Shown one piece after another: positions 6,351 to 14,822 of a DNA stretch of 35,266 nucleotides. Position 1 is the stretch's first letter; each line of letters opens with the position of its first letter. The stretch comes from a virus (taxonomy: Duplodnaviria; Heunggongvirae; Uroviricota; Caudoviricetes): positions 1 to 35,266 of IMG/VR virus record IMGVR_UViG_2645727970_000011; one strand, given 5' to 3'. The position numbers and the translations under genes were made by a program. The notes beneath the pieces are model-generated. The model did not search any database. It had not been told where the DNA came from and saw only the letters and a program-made list of their open reading frames with translations.

Positions 6351-7776
6351 TTTTTATGCGCCGCCCCATAGCATCGAGGCAGAGCAGGCGGTGATTGGTG
6401 GATTGCTTCTGGATGATGACAGCAGTGAGCGCGTCCAGAAAGTTCTGGCGATGCTGAAGCCTGATTCATTTTACAGCCGACCACACAAAATCCTTTTCGA
6501 AGAAATAATCAGAATGCACCGGGAGCAAAAGCCAGTAGATGGCCTGACGCTTTTCGATGAACTGGAGCGTAAATCGTTAACGGCGTCTGTTGGCGGTTTT
6601 GCTTATATCGCTGAGATCGCAAAGAACACGCCAAGCGCCGCAAACATCGTTGCCTATGCAATGCAGGTTCGCGAAACCGCAATGGAACGCTACGCCATCA
6701 ACCGCATGACTGAAGCGACGGAATTGCTCTATTCCCGCAACGGAATGACTGCGACGCAGAAGTACGAAGCTATTCAGGCGATTTTCACGCAACTGACAGA
6801 CCATGCAAAAACCGGATCGCGTCGCGGCCTTCGCTCATTTGGTGAGGTCATGGAAGACTGGGTTAGCGACCTTGAGAAGCGATTTGACCCGTCAGGCGAA
6901 CAACGAGGAATGAGCACAGGGATCCCATCGCTGGACAGGATGCTGTCACCGAAAGGTCTGGTGAAAGGCTCTCTGTTTGTCATTGGCGCTCGCCCTAAGA
7001 TGGGGAAAACGACGCTATACAGCCAGATGGCAATCAACTGCGCAGTGCATGAGAAAAAGCCCGCTCTGATGTTCAGCCTTGAAATGCCAAGTGACCAGAT
7101 ACTGGAAAAACTGGTAGGGCAGAAGTCAGGTGTTAACCCGAATATTTTTTACCTTCCGGCGACAAATGACGCTGATGACGGCTATCAGGGTGATTACGAT
7201 GGTGACTTCAACAGGGCGATAGAAACAGCCAATCGCTTGAGTGAAATCGACCTGCTTTACATCGACGACACGCCGGGATTATCTCTGGCTCAAATCGTCA
7301 GCGAAAGCCGTCGAATCAAACGAGAAAAAGGATGCGTTGGCATGATTCTTGTCGATTACCTGACACTAATGACCGCTGAAAAGGCCGATCGTAACGACCT
7401 TGCCTACGGCATGATCACCAAAGGACTGAAGAACCTTGCCAAAGAGCTTGATTGCGTTGTTGTGCTTCTGACACAGCTTAACCGCGCACTGGAAAGCCGA
7501 ACCAATAAACGCCCATTACCAAGTGACTCCCGAGATACAGGGCAGATTGAACAGGATTGCGATTATTGGGTGGGGATCCATCGTGAAGGTGCTTTTGATG
7601 ACAGTGTTCCACCTGGTGAAACCGAACTAATCCTTCGTCTCAATCGTCATGGCAATACCGGCACGGTGTATTGCATTCAGGCAAATGGCGCTATTTATGA
7701 CACAGACCAACAGTCTGCTGAAATGCGCCGCCGTGAACGCGAGGAACCGCAGTCCAAGAAGAAAGGAGGATTCTGA
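6340..7776 (+). CDS. Replicative DNA helicase, DnaB family (P22 gene 12-like), 478 aa
   Basis: N-terminal DnaB motif SIEAEQAVIGGLL; Walker A GARPKMGKT; ATG at 6340 has a GAGG SD 9 nt upstream (track ORF starts at GTG 6325). Confidence 0.85.
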   Translation: MTDNFYAPPHSIEAEQAVIGGLLLDDDSSERVQKVLAMLKPDSFYSRPHKILFEEIIRMHREQKPVDGLTLFDELERKSLTASVGGFAYIAEIAKNTPSAANIVAYAMQVRETAMERYAINRMTEATELLYSRNGMTATQKYEAIQAIFTQLTDHAKTGSRRGLRSFGEVMEDWVSDLEKRFDPSGEQRGMSTGIPSLDRMLSPKGLVKGSLFVIGARPKMGKTTLYSQMAINCAVHEKKPALMFSLEMPSDQILEKLVGQKSGVNPNIFYLPATNDADDGYQGDYDGDFNRAIETANRLSEIDLLYIDDTPGLSLAQIVSESRRIKREKGCVGMILVDYLTLMTAEKADRNDLAYGMITKGLKNLAKELDCVVVLLTQLNRALESRTNKRPLPSDSRDTGQIEQDCDYWVGIHREGAFDDSVPPGETELILRLNRHGNTGTVYCIQANGAIYDTDQQSAEMRRREREEPQSKKKGGF

Positions 7777-8045
7777 TGAATAAAAAACAATTAGCCATTC
7801 TCGAAAAGGCATGGGATGCACAAATATCATACGCTTTGAAAGAACAGGCACTACCAATAATCCAGACCAAATCGAAAATAGCCAGGCAGTTATGCGATGG
7901 CGGATTCCTGAACGAAGTTGAGATTACGCGCCAGATGGTAACGTTTAAAGGGTATGAGATAAATCATCATGGTATAGCGGCGTATTGCTCCCACCTTCCT
8001 GATGACGTTGACATTGATGAAATGGAAGGGGAGATGAAGCAATGA
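7776..8045 (+). CDS. Hypothetical nin-region protein (89 aa)
   Basis: Track ORF; its ATG overlaps the helicase stop (ATGA). Confidence 0.55.
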   Translation: MNKKQLAILEKAWDAQISYALKEQALPIIQTKSKIARQLCDGGFLNEVEITRQMVTFKGYEINHHGIAAYCSHLPDDVDIDEMEGEMKQ

Positions 8046-8125
8046 CCATCTACATCACTGAGCTAATAACAGGCCTGCTGGTAATCGCAGGCCTTTTTAT
8101 TTGGGGGAGAGGGAAGTGTGGCTGA
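8042..8125 (+). CDS. Possible small hydrophobic peptide (27 aa)
   Basis: ATG overlapping the preceding stop; translation MTIYITELITGLLVIAGLFIWGRGKCG is a single predicted transmembrane helix; below the track cutoff. Confidence 0.3.
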   Translation: MTIYITELITGLLVIAGLFIWGRGKCG

Positions 8126-8339
8126 CTGGCAAATTCCAATCATCATTCTTTCCGGAGCTTCGCTGGTTGCTGGCTTTATCCTGCTGAAAAAGCATAAAGA
8201 CCGTGATCAAAAAGTCGAAGTTCTCTATGGGTATCCAGCGAACAGCACAACATGGCTGACCATTTACCACTACCGAAAATCAGGCCGCTGGGTATTCGAA
8301 TGGGATGATCTGTTCGCTGAAAAGCGACCAAAGTCATAG
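8118..8339 (+). CDS. Hypothetical small membrane protein (73 aa)
   Basis: GTG start with a GGGAAG/GAGGG SD-like stretch upstream; N-terminal hydrophobic helix IPIIILSGASLVAGFILL. Confidence 0.45.
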   Translation: MADWQIPIIILSGASLVAGFILLKKHKDRDQKVEVLYGYPANSTTWLTIYHYRKSGRWVFEWDDLFAEKRPKS

Positions 8340-8440
8340 GGAGACATCAGCGAATGCATGATGTTTGAAGAAAGAAAATCCGGCGCAACCAGAGAAGAGT
8401 TTAACGAAGCGTGGGCGCGATTAAGTGAGAGAGGGTATTT

Positions 8441-8641
8441 GTGAGCAAGTACGAAAAATTAGATCAAAACATTCTTTCAATGCTGAGTGAAAGACCAACA
8501 CCTGTTTTTGATATCTGGCTTAAATGGCGGAGCAATGGAATGTATATCGAAACCATCGATCGCCGTATGCAATACCTGAGAAAGAAAGGGCTTGTTGCAA
8601 ATGTGCGTGGGAAGGGTTGGGTGAAAATTAACCTGTCATAA
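8441..8641 (+). CDS. Hypothetical nin-region protein (66 aa)
   Basis: GTG start with GAGGG SD 7 nt upstream; basic C-terminus. Confidence 0.5.
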   Translation: MSKYEKLDQNILSMLSERPTPVFDIWLKWRSNGMYIETIDRRMQYLRKKGLVANVRGKGWVKINLS

Positions 8642-8652
8642 CGGGGATTGAT

Positions 8653-8937
8653 ATGGGCGAATCAAGAAAGCAGTTTGAGGAATACGTTGCCAAAAAATTG
8701 AGATTACCATTCGAGATGATAACCGAGGCAAGAAATGGTGATAGGTACTTCGCATTTTCAAGCATGGATATTCGTCACTCCTTAAATGAGTGGTGGGCTT
8801 TATGGCAGGCATCGCGAGCAGCTATCGAGATTGAGCTTCCTGAAAGCTTTACCATGCATAGTGGGCGAACCCCATATCTGTATGTAAGCGAGGTGCAGAG
8901 CGCCATCCGCGCTGCTGGAGTCAAAGTGAAGGAGTAA
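8653..8937 (+). CDS. Hypothetical nin-region protein (94 aa)
   Basis: Track ORF with ATG start; no recognised family. Confidence 0.55.
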   Translation: MGESRKQFEEYVAKKLRLPFEMITEARNGDRYFAFSSMDIRHSLNEWWALWQASRAAIEIELPESFTMHSGRTPYLYVSEVQSAIRAAGVKVKE

Positions 8938-8939
8938 CG

Positions 8940-9350
8940 ATGAAGCAAACAATCTTCCTCCGAACTAAGCAACAACAGCAAGCCGCAATAAATGCCATCC
9001 TCGCAACACCACTCGATAAAGACAAGCCAGTCACCATCCGCATTACTGACTACAAGCGCAACCTTGACCAGAACGCAAAATTTCACGCGATGCTGGCGGA
9101 TATCGCTCGTCAGGTTCAATGGTGCGATAAATGGTTAAAACCAGAACAATGGAAGGTTTTGTTGATAAGCGGTCATGCAGTGGCAACAAAGCAGGAAGCT
9201 GATGTTTTGCCCGGCCTTGAAGGCGAATACGTCAACATTCGCGAAAGCAGCGCGCAGATGAGCGTGAAGCGCATGGCAAGTCTGATCGAGTACACAACAG
9301 CCTGGGCTATTGGTCAGGGTGTCAGATTTACCGACAGGAGGTACGAATGA
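8940..9350 (+). CDS. ninB: NinB recombination protein (136 aa)
   Basis: Motif [22 protein letters not shown] resembles the lambda NinB SLDQN region as I recall it; followed directly by NinE and NinF homologs. Confidence 0.7.
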   Translation: MKQTIFLRTKQQQQAAINAILATPLDKDKPVTIRITDYKRNLDQNAKFHAMLADIARQVQWCDKWLKPEQWKVLLISGHAVATKQEADVLPGLEGEYVNIRESSAQMSVKRMASLIEYTTAWAIGQGVRFTDRRYE

Positions 9351-9523
9351 GACGACAGCGACGAAGTTTCACCGACATCATCTGCGAAAACTGCAAATAC
9401 CTTCCAACGAAACGCTCCAGAAATAAACGCAAGCCAATCCCAAAAGAATCTGACGTAAAAACCTTCAACTACACGGCTCACCTGTGGGATATCCGGTGGC
9501 TAAGACATCGTGCGAGGAAATGA
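9347..9523 (+). CDS. ninE: NinE (58 aa); below the track cutoff
   Basis: Hand translation [58 protein letters not shown] is near-identical to lambda NinE as I recall it; start overlaps the ninB stop. Confidence 0.8.
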   Translation: MRRQRRSFTDIICENCKYLPTKRSRNKRKPIPKESDVKTFNYTAHLWDIRWLRHRARK

Positions 9524-9525
9524 CA

Positions 9526-9927
9526 ATGCTTTTAATTCAACCTGGATTTGGCCTTAGCATCAAAAAAGGGCACATGTTTGGCGAGAAAGAGTCTCAACGA
9601 AAAATGGTGTCTATCCAGTTGCCATTTATCAGTATTTATTGGCTAAACAGGGAGGCAACAAATTATTGGTATACATGCGCCAGAGCAGCATTTAACGACC
9701 CTGACTGGTTTGTGGAAAACCACCACGCAGTTCGTCAGGCAAAGAGAAAGGCCAATACGACATACATGAAGGCGTATCGAAAAGCATGGAAAGAACACCG
9801 CGATCGATACCAACAAGACATGGAAAAACTTGAATCAGAAAACATGGAATTAAGACGAAAGCTTGGTGAAGCAAAACGAGACATTGATGCTTACAAGCGA
9901 CTTTTTAATGGTGAAAGCCATGCTTAG
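9526..9927 (+). CDS. Hypothetical protein (~133 aa) in the NinX position
   Basis: Track ORF 9484..9927 trimmed to the ATG at 9526, which has AGGA 7 nt upstream; C-terminal coiled-coil segment EKLESENMELRRKLGEAKRDIDAYKRL. Confidence 0.5.
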   Translation: MLLIQPGFGLSIKKGHMFGEKESQRKMVSIQLPFISIYWLNREATNYWYTCARAAFNDPDWFVENHHAVRQAKRKANTTYMKAYRKAWKEHRDRYQQDMEKLESENMELRRKLGEAKRDIDAYKRLFNGESHA

Positions 9928-10096
9928 CCCATCCCAATCACTTCAATACCAGAAAGAAAGCGTCGAGCGGGCTTTAACGTGCGCTAACTGCGGTCAGAAG
10001 CTGCATGTGCTGGAAGTTCACGTGTGTGAGCACTGCTGTACAGAACTGATGAGCGATCCGAATAGCTCAATGTACGAGGAAGAAGACGATGAATGA
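9920..10096 (+). CDS. ninF: NinF (58 aa)
   Basis: MLSPSQSLQYQKESVERALTCANCGQKLHVLEVHVCEHCC... closely matches lambda NinF as I recall it; internal ATG of track ORF 9863..10096. Confidence 0.8.
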   Translation: MLSPSQSLQYQKESVERALTCANCGQKLHVLEVHVCEHCCTELMSDPNSSMYEEEDDE

Positions 10097-10811
10097 GTTA
10101 ATAAATGGCAATGCCATCAAAATGACAAGCATTGAAATCGCTGAGTTGGTGGGAAGTCGTCATGACAAGGTGAAACAATCTATTGAACGACTGGCGGCTC
10201 GAGGTGTGATCCGAAATCCCCCAATGGTGGTTTTCGAAAAAATCAATAACTTAGGATTACTTCGTGGCGTAGAGGCTTACGTTTTTGAGGGAGAACAAGG
10301 TAAGCGAGACAGTATTGTCGTTGTAGCCCAGTTGTCGCCGGAATTCACCGCTCGTCTTGTTGACCGTTGGCGAGAGCTTGAAGACGCTGCGGTTAATATC
10401 CCCAAAACTCTACCAGAAGCGTTGCGCCTTGCTGCTGATCTTGCTGAGCAGAAAATGCAACTGGAAAACCAGCTCGCAATTGCAGCACCTAAAGTTGAGT
10501 TTGCCGATCGCGTTGGCGAGGCCAGCGGAATTTTGATTGGAAACTTTGCAAAGGTTGTTGGAATTGGTCCAAACAAACTGTTTGCGTGGATGCGCGATCA
10601 CAAAATCCTTATTGCTTCAGGTTCCCGGCGCAATGTGCCAATGCAGGAATATATGGATCGCGGCTATTTCACAGTGAAAGAAACAGCGGTCAATACAAAT
10701 CACGGAATACAGATATCGTTCACCACAAAAATCACCGGGCGTGGTCAACAGTGGCTGACCAGAAAGCTGCTCGATAACGGAATGCTGAAAGTAACAGGGG
10801 AGGCTGCTTAA
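10089..10811 (+). CDS. Rha-family phage regulator with C-terminal antirepressor (KilAC/Ant-type) domain, 240 aa
   Basis: N-terminus MTSIEIAELVGSRHDKVKQSIERL fits the Rha domain pattern; C-terminal half resembles antirepressor C-domains; family assignment from memory. Confidence 0.6.
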   Translation: MNELINGNAIKMTSIEIAELVGSRHDKVKQSIERLAARGVIRNPPMVVFEKINNLGLLRGVEAYVFEGEQGKRDSIVVVAQLSPEFTARLVDRWRELEDAAVNIPKTLPEALRLAADLAEQKMQLENQLAIAAPKVEFADRVGEASGILIGNFAKVVGIGPNKLFAWMRDHKILIASGSRRNVPMQEYMDRGYFTVKETAVNTNHGIQISFTTKITGRGQQWLTRKLLDNGMLKVTGEAA

Positions 10812-11101
10812 TGGCTAACCTACGCAAAGAAGCGCGCAACAGAGAATGCCAGGTACGTATTTACGGCGTATGCAATGGTAATCCTGAAACTACAGTTCTG
10901 GCACATTACCGGATGGCTGGAATTTGCGGAACGGGAATGAAGCCTGACGACCTGATCGGCGCATGGGCCTGTAGTGACTGCCACGCGGAGATCGACCGAC
11001 GCACAATGATTCTCGACAACAAAGACGCCAGACTTTACCACCTCGAAGGCGTGATCAGGACGCAGGCGATACTGCTGAAGGAGGGGAAGATTAAGTCATG
11101 A
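10811..11101 (+). CDS. Cysteine-rich zinc-binding nin-region protein (96 aa), possibly DUF1364-like
   Basis: Cys/His cluster (CQVRIYGVCNG ... CSDCHAEIDRR); family name is a tentative recollection. Confidence 0.5.
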   Translation: MANLRKEARNRECQVRIYGVCNGNPETTVLAHYRMAGICGTGMKPDDLIGAWACSDCHAEIDRRTMILDNKDARLYHLEGVIRTQAILLKEGKIKS

Positions 11102-11460
11102 ACGAATATCAGTTTGTGCTTCCATACCCGCCGTCGGTGAATACCTACTGGCGAAGACGGGGAAGCCAATACTACATCAGCGATAAAGGCCAGAAATACC
11201 GAAAAGACGTTCAGCAAATCATCCGCCAACTTAAGTTAGACATTTTCACCAAATCACGACTCCGCATCAAAGTCATCGCAGACGTTCCAGACTCCCGCCG
11301 CCGCGACCTCGATAACATCCTGAAAGGTTTACTCGATTCCCTTATCCACGCCAGATTTGCGGAAGACGACGAACAATTCGATGACATTCGCGTAATTCGT
11401 GGTGTGAAAGTACCAGGCGGACGGCTTGGAATAAAAATCACCGAACTCGAGAACGTATGA
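11098..11460 (+). CDS. rusA: RusA-family Holliday-junction resolvase (120 aa)
   Basis: LPYPPSVNTYWRRRG N-terminus, DVPDSRRRDLDNILK acidic motif and GGRLGIKITELE C-terminus match E. coli RusA as I recall it. Confidence 0.85.
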   Translation: MNEYQFVLPYPPSVNTYWRRRGSQYYISDKGQKYRKDVQQIIRQLKLDIFTKSRLRIKVIADVPDSRRRDLDNILKGLLDSLIHARFAEDDEQFDDIRVIRGVKVPGGRLGIKITELENV

Positions 11461-11645
11461 ACGCCACAATTCAAACGATACCAGAGCTTCTTATCCAGAC
11501 ACGAGGCAATCAGACCGAAGTGGCGAGGATGCTTTCCTGCGCAAGAGGAACAGTGCTCAAGTACAACCGAGACAGCAAAGGCGAGCGTCATGTAATAGTT
11601 AACGGCGTCCTGATGGTCAAACAGGGCAAGAGGGGAAGACGATGA
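11457..11645 (+). CDS. ninH: NinH-like protein (62 aa)
   Basis: Motif GNQTEVARMLSCARGTVLKY and VNGVLMV resemble lambda NinH from memory. Confidence 0.7.
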   Translation: MNATIQTIPELLIQTRGNQTEVARMLSCARGTVLKYNRDSKGERHVIVNGVLMVKQGKRGRR

Positions 11646-12160
11646 GCATAAGAGAACTAAACCTCACCAAAGAGCAGCACGAGTGGCTGAATGGCTGGCT
11701 TGAACTGTGGGGCGCATGGGTTTATTCAGGTCGTCTGGAAAAGCGCATGAGCAGCGTAATAGCGAAGTTCATGGAGAGCGTAGAGCCTGGAAGAATTATG
11801 ACAAGGCCAATGTGTAATGATGATGATGGAATGTTGATTTCTCAGGTCGTCGATTCCGTCATGTACATTGACAAGAAAGCCTTTGGCATCCTCCTCAGCT
11901 ACTACGCTCATGGTTCATCTAAGCGAGCAATTGCATCCTACTATCACGCGACTGCAAAGCCACGCAAGATGTGTGGACGTGGTGGCGAGGGATGGAGAAA
12001 ACCTTCACTGGCAACCTGTAGAAACGAAATTGACGACATCCTGAAAGCGTCGTTATTTGTTTTATACCAGCCAATGCAAAATGCTTTCAAAATGCGTAAA
12101 CGTGTTGAGAAAGTTAAGCATGTTGCTGTTAAAAGCCTTGACATGCAATTAGCCATTTAG
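11642..12160 (+). CDS. Q: Late-gene antiterminator Q (phage 82/21-type family), 172 aa
   Basis: Last gene of the nin region, immediately upstream of a TTGACA/CATAAT promoter and a short leader terminator; Cys-rich segment; family assignment by position and recollection. Confidence 0.65.
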   Translation: MSIRELNLTKEQHEWLNGWLELWGAWVYSGRLEKRMSSVIAKFMESVEPGRIMTRPMCNDDDGMLISQVVDSVMYIDKKAFGILLSYYAHGSSKRAIASYYHATAKPRKMCGRGGEGWRKPSLATCRNEIDDILKASLFVLYQPMQNAFKMRKRVEKVKHVAVKSLDMQLAI

Positions 12161-12167
12161 CCATAAT
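12138..12167 (+). promoter_or_regulatory. pR'-like late promoter overlapping the 3' end of Q
   Basis: TTGACA (12138..12143), 18-bp spacer, CATAAT (12162..12167). Confidence 0.6.
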
Positions 12168-12177
12168 TAGAGGGTAA

Positions 12178-12220
12178 GCTGCCGTTAGTGACTCTTAAGT
12201 TGCAACGGTGGCTTTTTTTA
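12178..12220 (+). terminator. tR'-like leader terminator
   Basis: Stem gctgccgtt / aacggtggc (two G-U pairs) with 17-nt loop, followed by seven T (12213..12219); begins about 10 nt after the predicted transcription start. Confidence 0.55.
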
Positions 12221-12223
12221 TTT

Positions 12224-12298
12224 GGGTCAGTCGTATAAAGGTCATTACGGAAGGCTGTTAACCTTCTTATCGTGGTTCGAGTCCACGCTGTCCCGCCA
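12224..12298 (+). tRNA. tRNA-Asn (anticodon GUU), 75 nt including encoded CCA
   Basis: Hand-folded cloverleaf: acceptor GGGTCAG / CTGTCCC (one U-U mismatch), anticodon stem GAAGG / CCTTC with loop CTGTTAA, T-arm CGTGG-TTCGAGT-CCACG, discriminator G and CCA. Not run through tRNAscan. Confidence 0.6.
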
Positions 12299-12303
12299 AA
12301 CAT

Positions 12304-12379
12304 GCTGGTTTAGCTCCAATGGTAGAGCGGTCGCCTTGTAAGCGAATGGGTAGCGGTTCAAGTCCGTTAACCAGCACCA
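12304..12379 (+). tRNA. tRNA-Thr (anticodon UGU), 76 nt including encoded CCA
   Basis: Hand-folded cloverleaf: perfect 7-bp acceptor GCTGGTT / AACCAGC, D-arm GCTC-CAATGGTA-GAGC, anticodon loop CTTGTAA, T-arm AGCGG-TTCAAGT-CCGTT, discriminator A and CCA. Confidence 0.65.
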
Positions 12380-12466
12380 TAACTGAGCCGTAGCCACTGG
12401 CTATCCTGAATTCATAAGTGATAGTTACGCTGCGGCCTTCTACACATGACCTTCGTGAAAGCGGGT

Positions 12467-12502
12467 GGCAAGAGGTTGCGCTAACAACCTCCTGCCGTTT
12501 TG
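12467..12502 (+). terminator. Hairpin with U-rich tail downstream of the tRNA genes
   Basis: ggcaagagg / cctcctgcc stem (one mismatch) followed by GTTTTG. Confidence 0.3.
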
Positions 12503-12621
12503 CCCGTGCATATCGGTCACGAACAAATCTGATTACTAAACACAGTAGCCTGGATTTGTTCTATCAGTAATCGACCTTATTCCTAATTAAATAGAGCAAA
12601 TCCCCTTATTGGGGGTAAGAC

Positions 12622-12945
12622 ATGAAGATGCCAGAAAAACATGACCTGTTAGCCGCCATTCTCGCGGCAAAGGAACAAGGCATCGGGGCAATCCTTGCGT
12701 TTGCAATGGCGTACCTTCGCGGCAGATATAATGGCGGTGCGTTTACAAAAACAGTAATCGACGCAACGATGTGCGCCATTATCGCCTGGTTCATTCGTGA
12801 CCTTCTCGACTTCGCCGGACTAAGTAGCAATCTCGCTTATATAACGAGCGTGTTCATCGGCTACATCGGTACTGACTCGATTGGTTCGCTTATCAAACGC
12901 TTCGCTGCTAAAAAAGCCGGAGTAGAAGATGGTGGAAATCAATAA
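12622..12945 (+). CDS. S: Holin S, lambda class I, with dual-start motif (107/105 aa)
   Basis: Translation essentially identical to lambda S as I recall it ([39 protein letters not shown]...); Met1-Lys2-Met3 dual start at 12622 and 12628. Confidence 0.95.
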   Translation: MKMPEKHDLLAAILAAKEQGIGAILAFAMAYLRGRYNGGAFTKTVIDATMCAIIAWFIRDLLDFAGLSSNLAYITSVFIGYIGTDSIGSLIKRFAAKKAGVEDGGNQ

Positions 12946-13405
12946 TCAACGTAAGGCGTTCCTCGATATGCTGGCGTGGTCAGAGGGAACTGATAACGGA
13001 CGTCAAAAAACCAGAAATCATGGTTATGACGTCATTGTTGGCGGAGAGCTATTCACTGATTACTCCGATCACCCTCGCAAACTTGTCACGCTAAACCCCA
13101 AACTCAAATCAACAGCGGCCGGACGTTACCAGCTTCTTTCCCGTTGGTGGGATGCCTATCGTAAGCAGCTTGGCCTGAAAGACTTCTCTCCGAAAAGCCA
13201 GGACGCTGTTGCACTGCAGCAGATTAAGGAGCGTGGCGCTTTACCGATGATTGATCGCGGTGATATCCGTCAGGCAATCGACCGTTGCAGTAATATCTGG
13301 GCTTCACTGCCGGGCGCTGGTTATGGTCAGTTCGAGCATAAGGCTGACAGCCTGATTGCAAAATTCAAAGAAGCAGGCGGAACGGTCAGAGAGATTGAGG
13401 TATGA
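12929..13405 (+). CDS. R: Endolysin R, lambda-type lytic transglycosylase (158 aa)
   Basis: [49 protein letters not shown]... matches lambda R as I recall it. Confidence 0.95.
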   Translation: MVEINNQRKAFLDMLAWSEGTDNGRQKTRNHGYDVIVGGELFTDYSDHPRKLVTLNPKLKSTAAGRYQLLSRWWDAYRKQLGLKDFSPKSQDAVALQQIKERGALPMIDRGDIRQAIDRCSNIWASLPGAGYGQFEHKADSLIAKFKEAGGTVREIEV

Positions 13406-13839
13406 GCAGAGTAACCGCGATTATCTCCGCTCTGGTTATCTGCATCATCGTCTGCCTGTCATGGGCTGTTAATCATTACCGCGATAACGCCATCGCCTAC
13501 AAAGAGCAGCGCGACAAAGCCGCATCCACTATCGCTGATATGCAGAAGCGTCAACGTGACGTAGCAGAACTCGACGCCAGATATACAAAGGAGCTTGCTG
13601 ATGCTAACGCGACTATCGAAAGCCTCCGTGCTGATGTTTCTGCTGGTCGTAAGCGCCTGCAAGTCGCCGCCACCTGTGCAAAGTCAACGACCGGAGCCAG
13701 CGGCATGGGCGATGAAGAAAGCCCAGGACTTACAGCAGATGCTGAACTCAATTATTACCGTCTCCGAAGTGGAATCGACAAGATAACCGCGCAGGTTAAC
13801 TACCTGCAGGAATACATCAGGACGCAATGCCTGAAATAA
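13402..13839 (+). CDS. Rz: Rz i-spanin (145 aa)
   Basis: N-terminus [31 protein letters not shown] matches lambda Rz as I recall it; N-terminal transmembrane helix plus coiled-coil periplasmic domain. Confidence 0.9.
   Translation: MSRVTAIISALVICIIVCLSWAVNHYRDNAIAYKEQRDKAASTIADMQKRQRDVAELDARYTKELADANATIESLRADVSAGRKRLQVAATCAKSTTGASGMGDEESPGLTADAELNYYRLRSGIDKITAQVNYLQEYIRTQCLK
13601..13786 (+). CDS. Rz1: Rz1 o-spanin lipoprotein embedded in the +1 frame of Rz (61 aa)
   Basis: ATG at 13601 with AAGGAG SD 7 nt upstream (track ORF starts at an upstream TTG); lipobox LVVSAC; proline-rich mature region. Confidence 0.8.
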   Translation: MLTRLSKASVLMFLLVVSACKSPPPVQSQRPEPAAWAMKKAQDLQQMLNSIITVSEVESTR

Positions 13840-13870
13840 TTTTTTTGCAAATCACAAAGTCCATTTAATG

Positions 13871-13893
13871 AGCCTCGCGATGCGGGGCTTTTT
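13871..13893 (+). terminator. Rho-independent terminator after the lysis cassette
   Basis: 8-bp stem agcctcgc / gcggggct (one G-U) with 3-nt loop, followed by a T run. Confidence 0.6.
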
Positions 13894-13900
13894 GTAATAA

Positions 13901-13925
13901 ATGCGTACCGCAACGCATGTTTTTT
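13901..13925 (+). terminator. Second, tandem rho-independent terminator
   Basis: atgcgt / acgcat stem with 6-nt loop, followed by GTTTTTT. Confidence 0.6.
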
Positions 13926-14040
13926 ACACCGAACCTGCCCCTTTGGAATGGGCCTTTGAGGATACCAGTTAGTGCTGGCGAGCCTCGGTGGGCTGGTTTC
14001 CTGTGCGGCAAAGGTTCATTTCAAAGAGTAGGTACACGCT

Positions 14041-14538
14041 ATGAAATCATTAACCCTCTTCAATCAACCAATTCGTATCGGTGAAGATGGCATGATCTGC
14101 CTCACTGATATGTGGAAAGCCAGTGGTAAAAGTGAATCTGAATCGCCTTACCACTACCTGCGAAACAAGCAGACCAAAGAGTTCTTAGCCGAGCTGGAGA
14201 AAAACCACGAATCTGTGGTTTTTACTGAGCGCGGTGTACACGGTGGAACATATGGCGGGAAGTTTGTTGCTTACGATTATGCGGCTTGGTTAAACCCCGG
14301 GTTCAAGTACGCGGCCTATAAAGTCCTCGATGACTACTTCACCGGAGAACTTCAGCATCGCAACAGCTTAAGTGCGCAGCTCAACATGAAATGTCATGAG
14401 TTTGACCAGAAGAAAGACATGGCGAGCTTCTGCGGACAAGGGCTGGCAGCATGGCGCTATACGAAGCCAGTGTTGGTCGCTGAGATTAACTCCCTGGCTA
14501 ACCAGCTGCAGATTACGATCCCCGGGCTTCCGGGATGA
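14041..14538 (+). CDS. KilA-N domain DNA-binding protein (165 aa)
   Basis: N-terminal region IRIGEDGMICLTDMWKASGKSESESPYHYLRNKQTKEFLAEL fits the KilA-N pattern as I recall it. Confidence 0.6.
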   Translation: MKSLTLFNQPIRIGEDGMICLTDMWKASGKSESESPYHYLRNKQTKEFLAELEKNHESVVFTERGVHGGTYGGKFVAYDYAAWLNPGFKYAAYKVLDDYFTGELQHRNSLSAQLNMKCHEFDQKKDMASFCGQGLAAWRYTKPVLVAEINSLANQLQITIPGLPG

Positions 14539-14792
14539 GTGATCGTGTCATTGAATGCGCCTCCAGAGCGGGGCGTGACTTCTCAGAGTTCATGAAAGGT
14601 GAGAAGGGCATGATGGAAGCATTGGCCTCGGTGGATGAGTTTGGCGAGCAGCTGCGCCTCAACGGCTGTGTCAATCATCACTTTGTTAGCTACATGATGC
14701 GGAACTCGATCATGCAGGCATTCATGGACATGGCAAAAGCCGAGAGGAAAGAAGAGCGCCGGCGTAAGCGAGCGGAAGCAAAAGCGAAGTAG
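14535..14792 (+). CDS. Hypothetical protein (85 aa) with basic C-terminal tail
   Basis: ATG overlaps the upstream stop (ATGA); C-terminus KAERKEERRRKRAEAKAK. Confidence 0.5.
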   Translation: MSDRVIECASRAGRDFSEFMKGEKGMMEALASVDEFGEQLRLNGCVNHHFVSYMMRNSIMQAFMDMAKAERKEERRRKRAEAKAK

Positions 14793-14800
14793 CCATTACA

Positions 14801-14822
14801 AAGCCCATCTACTGGTGGGCTT
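14801..14822 (+). other. Strong hairpin 9 nt after the stop of the preceding gene
   Basis: 9-bp stem aagcccatc / ggtgggctt with 4-nt loop; no clean U-tract. Confidence 0.4.

Noticed and set aside
12380-12620. Possible third tRNA gene after the two predicted ones
   Set aside because: I could not fold a cloverleaf; the hairpin at 12471..12488 has a 6-nt loop and no T-arm or acceptor pairing.
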